Source: Vulcanimicrobiota bacterium
GTDB lineage: Bacteria; Vulcanimicrobiota; Vulcanimicrobiia; Vulcanimicrobiales; Vulcanimicrobiaceae
Assembly (NCBI GenBank): GCA_003135555.1
Contig: PLCF01000049.1
Coordinates: forward strand, 448 to 27,886
Reading direction: 5' to 3'
DNA length: 27,439 bases
Shown: positions 18,570 through 27,439 of the stretch, piece after piece
Position numbering within the stretch: the stretch's first letter is position 1
Layout: every line of letters begins with the position of its first letter
The notes under the pieces: model-generated
Told to the model about the DNA's origin: nothing
Databases searched by the model: none
Seen by the model: only the letters and a program-made list of their open reading frames with translations
Position numbers and translations under genes: made by a program

Positions 18570-19823
18570 GTGCGGGTTACCGGGACGCGGTTGGGAGCGT
18601 TTACGCTCCTCGGTCTTGTGCTATTAGCCCCGGGGTGTGGCGGCGGCCATGGGGCCACGAACGCGATCCCCGACGGGAGCATGGCGCCCGTCAAATCGGT
18701 CTCGCCCGCGTCGATCCCCGCCCCACCGATGGCGCGGACCGCGATTTTGCCATCCTCGGCGATGACCTCGGTCCGGACTCCCCAGAGCGCGATCGCGCCG
18801 CTAGGGTGGACACAACTTCCCGGCGGAGGCATCTTCGTCGCGGCGAGCCCCGACGGCTCGATCTGGGTCCTCTCGAACCAAGGCCCCGGCCCGGACCAAT
18901 CGATCTGGCACTACGCCAACGGAAACTGGTCGAACATCTCCGGCGGTGCGACCCGGCTCGCCGTCGCGCCGGACAACTCGCTCTGGGCCGTCACTGCCGC
19001 GGGCGGGATCTATCACTATACCGGTTCATGGACGCAGATCGCCGGCGGCGCCAGCGACATCTCGGTCGGCCCCGACGGCTCGGTCTACGTCATCTCGAAT
19101 CAAGGCGGCGGCCCGTTCGGCCGCGGCGCTTGGCGCTACACGAACGGTGCGTGGACGGCGCTGCCGGGCGGCGGCGTGCGTGTCGCGGCCTCGTGGGATG
19201 TTGGAACGTACCTGGGCAACATCACGCCGGGAACGCTGTGGGTCCTCAACACGCCCGGCGATCTGTGGTACTGGAACGCGGCCTTCGGCTTCCACAACCT
19301 CGGCGGCGGCGGCGTCGAGATGGCCCCGACCAGCAACGGCGGGATCTTCGTGCTCGGATTTCCGCAAGGCCCGAACGGCTATCCGCTCTGGTACAACGAC
19401 TTGAGCACCGGCACGTGGACGCCGCTGAGCGGCGGCGGGGTCAGCATCGCGACCGATAGCGCGCACGTCTACGCGATCGGTAAGGCGGGCGGCATCTATT
19501 CCGCCCCGATCACCGCGCCTACACTGTCGGCGAACCCGTCCACCCTCGCGTTTCCGCTCAACCAAACGTACGCTGCACAAACCGTGGCGATCTCGGGCGG
19601 CACGGCGCCCTACACGGTGAGCGTCGTCGATGCGACGATCGCGCAAGCCTCCATGAGCGGATCGACGCTGACCGTGGCTCCGGTGTTCAACGCGGGGCTC
19701 GGGTACTACAACGCGGGTTCTACGACCGCAACCGTCCGCGATGCGGCGAACAACCAGATCGGTGTTCAAGTCGGCGTAACGAGCGCGGTTATTATCATTG
19801 AGTCCCGGAGGCGGAATCGATGA
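18570..19823 (+). CDS. Lipoprotein with tectonin-like beta-propeller repeats and C-terminal Ig-like segment
   Basis: GGAGGT RBS, GTG 18570, lipobox LAPGC; repeated W..(L/I).GG...(V/I)...PDGS.(W/Y)V blades. Confidence 0.75.
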   Translation: MRVTGTRLGAFTLLGLVLLAPGCGGGHGATNAIPDGSMAPVKSVSPASIPAPPMARTAILPSSAMTSVRTPQSAIAPLGWTQLPGGGIFVAASPDGSIWVLSNQGPGPDQSIWHYANGNWSNISGGATRLAVAPDNSLWAVTAAGGIYHYTGSWTQIAGGASDISVGPDGSVYVISNQGGGPFGRGAWRYTNGAWTALPGGGVRVAASWDVGTYLGNITPGTLWVLNTPGDLWYWNAAFGFHNLGGGGVEMAPTSNGGIFVLGFPQGPNGYPLWYNDLSTGTWTPLSGGGVSIATDSAHVYAIGKAGGIYSAPITAPTLSANPSTLAFPLNQTYAAQTVAISGGTAPYTVSVVDATIAQASMSGSTLTVAPVFNAGLGYYNAGSTTATVRDAANNQIGVQVGVTSAVIIIESRRRNR

Positions 19824-19900
19824 ACGTGCTTTCGTCTGACCGCGCTCGCGGTCGTCGTAACGACGGTGCAAGTAATCATCGAGCCTTGGGAGGCACGTCA

Positions 19901-22900
19901 ATGAGCATACATCGCCTTCTCGCGGTTGCCGCGGCGCTCGCCATCAGCCTCTCCGGTTGCGGCCGCGGAAGCTTGAACGTACTTCCTCCCGTAACGCGCG
20001 CCGCCGCGAGCGGTTCGCAAGCCAACCTCAGCGTCGTCATCCGGGTCCCTGCCGGAACCGCTGCAGCCCAGCGCGCCCGCCGTCCCGCATTTATTTCGGC
20101 ATCAACGGCGTCGGTCGTCCTCGCGTTGAACGGGACCGCGCTCGGTACGATCAACACGACACCGGGGTCGGCAGAATGCACCACGAACGGCACCGCTCCG
20201 GGCCTGCTCTGCACGCGTAGTTTCGCCATCGACGCAGGAAAGTATTCGTATTCCTTGTCGGCGTTCGATCAGGTGAACGGAGCCGGCGCAAAGCTCTCTA
20301 CGTCCATTGGGCAGTTCGTTGTAGTCGCGAACCAGGTTAACGTTCTGCACGCCGTCCTGAACGGTGTCGTGAGCGCCTTGAAGGTGAGCCTGAGCTCGAA
20401 CACCGTGCAGCAGGGCGTACCCGCGACGGTTCAAGTCAACGTTTCGGCGCTCGACGCTGACAACAACGTGATCATTTCCGGGTCCTACGCTGATGCGAAC
20501 GGAAACCCGCTATCGATCACGCTCGGCAACTCCGATACGTCCGGAGCGATCCAGCTGTCGCAGACGACGCTGACCGGCGCAGTATCGCCGGTAAGCTTGA
20601 CCTACAACGGTGCTTTAATTGCAAGCCAGACGGTTACGGCGACAGCCCCGAACCTCGCGGGAGGCGGCGCTACGCTCACGGTCGTTACTCCGTCAGCGCT
20701 TCCGCTCGGGAACGTCGGCGCGCTCGTCCTCGTTTCGGCCCCGACCGCGTCCGGTTCGTCGCGATGGCAGTTGTCGGCTTCGGTTGTTGGTACGGACGGG
20801 GCACCCATGTCCGGCGTCCCCGTCGCGTTCAGCGCGACGGGAGGCGCCGTCGATCAGAGCAACGTCCCGAGCGACAGTTCCGGAATCGCCGCGACGACGA
20901 TCGCGCCGACGGGCGGAACCTCCGTCGCGGCGGTAACCGCCACGGCCGGATCGCAATCCGCGGTGATCAATATAATCTTCTCCGGTACGACCACGACGGC
21001 ACACCGGCGCGGGCTCAGGAGCATCACGGGCCCGCGGATCATACTCGGGTTCAGCCGCCCCGGCGGAAACGGTGCCCTCTCGAATCCGTTCTCGACGCCG
21101 GACGCGTGCCACGTCCCGCCGGACACGACCCCATCGACGCAGTGCCAGCCGCTCTTCGATCAACAGAAATTGACGCTCGCCGCAATCGACGGAGTTCAGG
21201 CCGGCTGCAGTGCGTACAATACGATTTCGGAGATCTACGGCATCGCCAATTGCGTGGGGATGACCGGTGTCATCGCGTCCTGCGTTCTCTCGGAGACCGG
21301 CCTAGGAGGCGTCATCTGCGCCGGCGCAATCGACACCGGCGCCGCCGACTTCGTCACCAAGGAGTGTCTCGCTTACCTCGCCGGCCAGATCGCCGATCTG
21401 TTCCACGCTGGATTCGTCTACAACACGATTCAATTCATCCGTCACCAGTCCGTGGACGGCTTGATTACTGTGGCGTGCGGCATTCCGCTCGACTCACTCA
21501 AGCCCGTCTTGTCGCAGGTGTCGTTCACGGTGACATCGCCGGGAGCATTTTCGACCGATGTCGCGGGCTATCAAGCACCGTTGACCGCATCCGGCGCGGG
21601 TTTCCTCGGCTTCAAGTCACTATCGCTGACCCGGAACGGCCCATCGACGGCAGGTCCGTACGTGTGGAACAAGAGTGACGGCACGATGGGTGTGCTCGTC
21701 GTCACCGATACGAACCTGACGCTGTCACCCGTCGTTACCCGCATGGGCGATCCGCGCGGGATAACGACCTGGACGCTGACCGCCGTCGACGCGAACAATG
21801 TTTCGCGATCGTCCACCTTTACGGTCGACTACGAGCCGACCGCGACCGTGGCACCCGGCTTCCCGGTGAACACGAACCCCGGCACGGTTGGAAGCCCCGG
21901 GCCGACGCTCTCGAGCAGCTCGGTCACCTTGAGCTGGTCCGCATCGCCCGGAGCGACGTTGTACAGTTTCGGCGTGCGCGACATGACCACGAACGCGCTG
22001 GTCGTCGACAAGACGACGACGGGCACGAGCTACACCGCCGTGCTTTCGCCGGGCGGGCGTTATCGCTGGAACGTCCAGGCGTGCAACAGTGCAGGCTGCT
22101 CGAGTTTCACCGCGGATCTGTACTTCCAGACCCCCTCCGCCACGGTTCCGGCAATGCCGGCAAACACGACCCCGGGTACGGTCTCCGGACCCGGACCATC
22201 GCAATCGGGCGCGTCGGTTCCTTTGAGCTGGAGCGCCGTTGCCGGAGCGACGTACTATAGCTTCGGCGTGCGCGACATGGTCACGAACACGCTGGTCGTC
22301 GACAACACGACGACGGCAACGACGTATACCGCTTCACTGAACCCCGGCGGCCAATACCGCTGGAACGTGCAGGCATGCAATAGTGCCGGCTGTTCGTCCT
22401 TCACCACGCCGCTGTACTTCCAGACACCGAACGGTGCGACGGTTCCCGGGACGCCGATGGGCACGAGCCCCGGCACGGTCAGCGGTCCGGGACCCATTCA
22501 GTCCAGCACCTCCGTCGGCCTGAGCTGGAACGCGTCGTCGGGTGCGACGTACTACAGCATCGGCGTGCGCAACATGAGCACCAATGCGTTGGTCGTCGAC
22601 ACGACGACCAACGGCACCAGCTACACCGCCGCGCTGTCAGGCAGCGGGCAGTATCGCTGGAACGTTGCGGCGTGCAGCAGCGCGGGCTGCTCGAGTTTCT
22701 CGACGGACCTCTACTTCCAGACGCCCGGCGGCGGCGGCGTGACAATCCCCGGCACTCCGACGAATCCGAGCCCCGGCACCGCGAGCGGGCCAGGGCCCAC
22801 CCAGGCGAGCAGTAGCGTGACCTTGAGCTGGAGCGGGTCGAGCGGTGCTACGTCGTACAGCCTCGGCGTGCGCGACATGGGCACGAATCAGCTCGTCGTC

Positions 22901-23914
22901 GATACGACGACGTCATCGACCAACTACACCGCCTCACTTTCCGCGAGCAAACAGTATCGCTGGAACGTGGCGGCGTGCGACAGCGCCGGCTGTTCGAGCT
23001 ACACGACGGACCTCTACTTCCAGACGCCCGGCGGCGGCGTGACAATCCCCGGCAGTCCGACGAATCCGAGCCCCGGCACCACAAGCGGGCCCGGGCCCAC
23101 CCAGGCGAGCAGCAGCGTGACCTTGAGCTGGAGCGGGTCGAGCGGCGCCACGTCGTACAGCCTCGGCGTGCGCGACATGGGCACGAACCAGCTCGTCGTC
23201 GACACGACGACGTCGTCGACCAGCTACGCCACTTCGCTCTCGTCCGGCAGACAGTATCGTTGGAACGTCGCGGCCTGTAACAGCGCAGGCTGTTCGAGCT
23301 ACACGTCCGATCTCTACTTCCAGACGCCCGGCAGCATCCCCAGCACGCCGAGCGGTACGAGCCCCGGTTCAACGAGCAGCCCAGGCCCGACACAGTCGAG
23401 CAGCACCGTCGGCCTAGGCTGGAACGCGTCCTCGGGCGCGACGTACTACAGCCTCGGCGTGCGCGACATGGGCACGAATCAGCTCGTCGTCAATACGACG
23501 ACGACCAACACCAGCTACAGCGCGAGTCTTGGAACAGGCGGTCAATACCGCTGGAACGTCGCTGCCTGTAACAGCGCGGGCTGTTCTTCCTACACGACGG
23601 ATCTCTATTTCCAGACGCCCGGCACCATACCGAACATGCCGACGGGCATGACTCCAGGATCCGCGAGCAGCCCCGGCCCGACGCAATCGAGTAGCACCGT
23701 CGGCCTCGGCTGGGGTGCGGTTTCCGGGGCCACCTACTACAGTGTCGCAGTCCGCGACATGACGGCAAACGTTTTGGTTGTGGACACGACTACGACGAGT
23801 GCCGGGTACACGGCCTTCTTGTCGGCGCATGGCAAGTACCGCTGGGACGTCGCGGCGTGCAACAGCTTGGGCTGTTCATCGTTCACGACACCGATCTACT
23901 TCCAAACGCCGTGA
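19901..23914 (+). CDS. Large surface lipoprotein: Ig-like domains, Cys-rich segment, seven FN3-like repeats
   Basis: GGAGG RBS, ATG 19901, lipobox LSGC; Big-1-like G.P.SGVPVAFS...SDSSGIA; seven ~100-aa units ending YRW(N/D)VxACxSxGCSS(F/Y)xxx(L/I)YFQTP. Confidence 0.85.
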   Translation: MSIHRLLAVAAALAISLSGCGRGSLNVLPPVTRAAASGSQANLSVVIRVPAGTAAAQRARRPAFISASTASVVLALNGTALGTINTTPGSAECTTNGTAPGLLCTRSFAIDAGKYSYSLSAFDQVNGAGAKLSTSIGQFVVVANQVNVLHAVLNGVVSALKVSLSSNTVQQGVPATVQVNVSALDADNNVIISGSYADANGNPLSITLGNSDTSGAIQLSQTTLTGAVSPVSLTYNGALIASQTVTATAPNLAGGGATLTVVTPSALPLGNVGALVLVSAPTASGSSRWQLSASVVGTDGAPMSGVPVAFSATGGAVDQSNVPSDSSGIAATTIAPTGGTSVAAVTATAGSQSAVINIIFSGTTTTAHRRGLRSITGPRIILGFSRPGGNGALSNPFSTPDACHVPPDTTPSTQCQPLFDQQKLTLAAIDGVQAGCSAYNTISEIYGIANCVGMTGVIASCVLSETGLGGVICAGAIDTGAADFVTKECLAYLAGQIADLFHAGFVYNTIQFIRHQSVDGLITVACGIPLDSLKPVLSQVSFTVTSPGAFSTDVAGYQAPLTASGAGFLGFKSLSLTRNGPSTAGPYVWNKSDGTMGVLVVTDTNLTLSPVVTRMGDPRGITTWTLTAVDANNVSRSSTFTVDYEPTATVAPGFPVNTNPGTVGSPGPTLSSSSVTLSWSASPGATLYSFGVRDMTTNALVVDKTTTGTSYTAVLSPGGRYRWNVQACNSAGCSSFTADLYFQTPSATVPAMPANTTPGTVSGPGPSQSGASVPLSWSAVAGATYYSFGVRDMVTNTLVVDNTTTATTYTASLNPGGQYRWNVQACNSAGCSSFTTPLYFQTPNGATVPGTPMGTSPGTVSGPGPIQSSTSVGLSWNASSGATYYSIGVRNMSTNALVVDTTTNGTSYTAALSGSGQYRWNVAACSSAGCSSFSTDLYFQTPGGGGVTIPGTPTNPSPGTASGPGPTQASSSVTLSWSGSSGATSYSLGVRDMGTNQLVVDTTTSSTNYTASLSASKQYRWNVAACDSAGCSSYTTDLYFQTPGGGVTIPGSPTNPSPGTTSGPGPTQASSSVTLSWSGSSGATSYSLGVRDMGTNQLVVDTTTSSTSYATSLSSGRQYRWNVAACNSAGCSSYTSDLYFQTPGSIPSTPSGTSPGSTSSPGPTQSSSTVGLGWNASSGATYYSLGVRDMGTNQLVVNTTTTNTSYSASLGTGGQYRWNVAACNSAGCSSYTTDLYFQTPGTIPNMPTGMTPGSASSPGPTQSSSTVGLGWGAVSGATYYSVAVRDMTANVLVVDTTTTSAGYTAFLSAHGKYRWDVAACNSLGCSSFTTPIYFQTP
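21850..23911 (+). repeat. Intragenic tandem repeat, 7 x ~300 bp
   Basis: Units 4 and 5 are nearly identical in DNA (GACAATCCCCGGCA at 22741 and 23041, period 300). Confidence 0.9.
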
Positions 23915-23927
23915 CCACCCTAAGCGC

Positions 23928-24416
23928 CTAAGCGGCCTCCTCGCCTGAACGCAGCCCTTCGACGGCGAGCACCACCGCCGCGCCGTAAATTCCATGCGGA
24001 ATCGCGTCGGCCAGCCAGTCGCCGGGACTCCACTTCGCGGGATCGGTAGCACCGGTCTTGGTCGCCGGCACGTCGCTGAGCGCCATCGCGGCGGCGCCGA
24101 CGACGAGCGCCGCAAGCGGCACCGAGATGCGCCGCGGCAGCAACGGCCGGATCATCGCGTACAGCATCCCGACGCCCAGCCCGTTGCCGTATCCGAGCAG
24201 CGCCCCCAGCGCGCTGCGCCGGTGCTGCGACGTCTCGTCGTCGCGCGTGAGTCCCGACAGCCCGGCCGACGAAGCGACGTTCTTCACCAGCTTGCCGGGC
24301 ATCTCGCTTTCGGCGCGCCCGCGCACCGCCATGTCGGCGTAGGTGGCGACGTTGAGGGCGGCCGTGCCGACGGCGCCGGCGGCCGTCCCGGTGGCAAGCG
24401 AGCGGAGCAGTGTCAT
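23928..24416 (-). CDS. Hypothetical membrane protein
   Basis: MTLLRSLATGTAAGAVGTAALNVATYADMAVRGR...TDPAKWSPGDWLADAIPHGIYG; several hydrophobic Gly/Ala helices; ATG 24416. Confidence 0.8.
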   Translation of the reverse strand: MTLLRSLATGTAAGAVGTAALNVATYADMAVRGRAESEMPGKLVKNVASSAGLSGLTRDDETSQHRRSALGALLGYGNGLGVGMLYAMIRPLLPRRISVPLAALVVGAAAMALSDVPATKTGATDPAKWSPGDWLADAIPHGIYGAAVVLAVEGLRSGEEAA

Positions 24417-24482
24417 GCTGGCTTGTACCCCGGGAAGCGCAGCGCCGGGAGCATGGGATCGCTCGCCCGCCGTGAAACCTTC

Positions 24483-25639
24483 GTGTCCGTGGAACTGCGC
24501 GTCGCGTTCACCGGAGGCGGCACCGGCGGACACGTCTATCCGGCGCTCGCGATCGACGAAGCGCTGCGCGCGCGCTTCGGCGCCGACAGCTACACGGCGC
24601 ACTTCTACGGCAACCAAGACGGGCTCGAAGCCACGCTGGTCAAGACGATCCCGCTCAGCTTCGTCCCCAGCGCGCCGCTGCGCCGGTCGTGGTCGCTCGA
24701 AACGCTGCGCACCATGTTCGCCAACCTCGCCGGGATCGTCGTCGCGCTGCGCGCCCTGGCAACATTCAAGCCCGACTTCGTCGTCGCGACCGGCGGCTAC
24801 GTATGCTTCGCCGTCGTCGTCGCCGCGCGCATCCTGCGGTTCGTGCGCGCCCTGCACTGCCCGATCGCGCTCTTGGAGATCAACGTCACGCCCGGGCTGA
24901 CGAACCGCATCGTCCTGCCGCTCGTCGACGAGGTGTGGACGACCTACGCCGCGTCGCAGGAATCGTTCGGGCACAAGGCCGTGCTCACCGGCGCGCCGGT
25001 GCGCGCATCGCTGCTGCAGGTCAAGGACGGCCCTAGCGCGCGCGAGCGCCTCGAGCTCGACCCCGAGCGCACGACGATCGTGGTGATCGGCGGCAGCCAG
25101 GGGGCGCGCTCGGTTAACGAGGCGGTCGCGGCGCTGGTCACCCGTCGCACCCTCGGCGACTGGCAAGTGCTGCACGTCAGTGGCGAACGTGACTTCGCCT
25201 ACATGCAAGCCGAAGAGCGCGAGCTCGCGCCGGGCAACCGCGTGCGGCTCGTGCCCTACCTCGACGACCCGGCCGACGCCTACGCCGCCGCCGACGCGGT
25301 GGTCGCGCGCGCCGGCGCGTCGACGCTGGCCGAGCTCGCCGTGACCGGAACGCCGGCCGTGCTCATCCCGTATCCGCATGCCGCCGACGGGCACCAGGCC
25401 GTCAACGCCGCGCTCTTCGCCGAGTCCGGCGCCGCGCTGGTGCTCAGCGATGCCGAGGTCGACGGCGACCGCCTGTGGTGGACGCTGCGCGAGGCGCTCG
25501 AGCCCGACCGCAACGCCGCGATGCGACGTGCCGCGCGGTCGCTTGCGCCGCGCAACGCCGCGGCGGCGATCGTGGCCCGGATCGAGCGCGCGCTGGCGCC
25601 GCGGGTCGGCGACGCTCCCGACGCGAACGTGGATCACCC

Positions 25640-25643
<4 letters not shown>
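24483..25643 (+). CDS. murG: Lipid II GlcNAc transferase MurG
   Basis: TGGGTGGHVYPALA, TGGYV, GGSQGA, RAGASTLAE, LIPYP, HQAVNA; start GTG 24483 or 24489. Confidence 0.96.
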
Positions 25644-27016
<1,373 letters not shown>

Positions 27017-27035
27017 GCCACCATGCCCCCCTCAT

Positions 27036-27092
27036 TGTCACCCTGACGCATGTCACGCTTCGCGTGAGCCCGTCGAAGGGTGGGCCACGATG
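27036..27092 (+). repeat. REP-like repeat copy 9 (long variant; tail overlaps murB ATG)
   Basis: TGTCACCCTGA-CGCATGTCACGCTTCGCGTGA-GCCCGTCGAAGGGTGGGCCACGATG. Confidence 0.88.
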
Positions 27093-27439
27093 AAGCCCGT
27101 CGGCGTCCTCGACGACACCGACCGCGCCGCCCTCCGTGAGCGCTTCGCCGAGCGCGCCCGCTTCGACGAGCCCCTCGCCCCGGTCACCTGGTGGAAGATC
27201 GGCGGCCCAGCCGACGCGCTCATCGACGTCCACACCACCGACGAGCTCGCCTTCGTCCTACGCCGCGTCTTCAAACGCCGGCTCCCGATGTTCGTGCTAG
27301 GCTCCGGCTCGAATCTGCTCGTCGGCGACGGCGGCATCCGCGGCATCGTCCTGCGCCTCGAAGGCGACTTCACCACCCTCGACGTCCGCGCCGAACCCGA
27401 CGCCATCGTAGCGGAGGCCGGCGGCAGCGCCTCCCTAGC
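27090..27439 (+). CDS. murB: UDP-MurNAc dehydrogenase MurB, 5' part
   Basis: Hand translation MKPVGVLDD...DEPLAPVTWWKIGGPAD...LGSGSNLLVGDGGIRGIVL; follows murC; truncated by the window. Confidence 0.93.
   Translation, partial: MKPVGVLDDTDRAALRERFAERARFDEPLAPVTWWKIGGPADALIDVHTTDELAFVLRRVFKRRLPMFVLGSGSNLLVGDGGIRGIVLRLEGDFTTLDVRAEPDAIVAEAGGSASL

Noticed and set aside
23955..23965. CCCTTCGACGG, reverse match to the repeat core
   Set aside because: Only 11 nt, lacks the other stem arm, and is explained by coding sequence (AVEG).
27023..27046. Mini-ORF MPPSLSP* between repeat copies 8 and 9
   Set aside because: A by-product of adjacent repeat sequences, with no independent evidence of a leader-peptide function.

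Overview
High-GC bacterial window, probably from a diderm Terrabacteria lineage such as Eremiobacterota. That taxonomy is inferred from protein style only and is not verified. The left 4.9 kb is a tightly coupled minus-strand cluster: CuA-type cupredoxin, Cyc2-like monoheme cytochrome c/beta-barrel, two paralogous hypotheticals, an OmpR-family regulator, a 58-aa stand-alone HisKA/DHp protein missed by the ORF track, and acetate kinase. A divergent flavin-binding gene follows. The rest is the dcw cluster: mraZ-rsmH-ftsL-ftsI-murE-murF-[CofE-like ligase]-mraY-murD-ftsW // murG-murC-murB. It is split between ftsW and murG by about 8.7 kb of accessory genes (secreted protein, hicB plus a hicA remnant, fabZ, XRE regulator, two lipoproteins, membrane protein). 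Nine co-oriented copies of a REP-like hairpin repeat (TGTCACCCTGAGCCC(C)GTCGAAGGGTGA) are dispersed through the window. They show compensatory stem changes and a nested extra hairpin, one lies in frame inside murE, and others supply stop or start codons to neighbouring genes. All calls come from reading motifs by eye; no searches were run.
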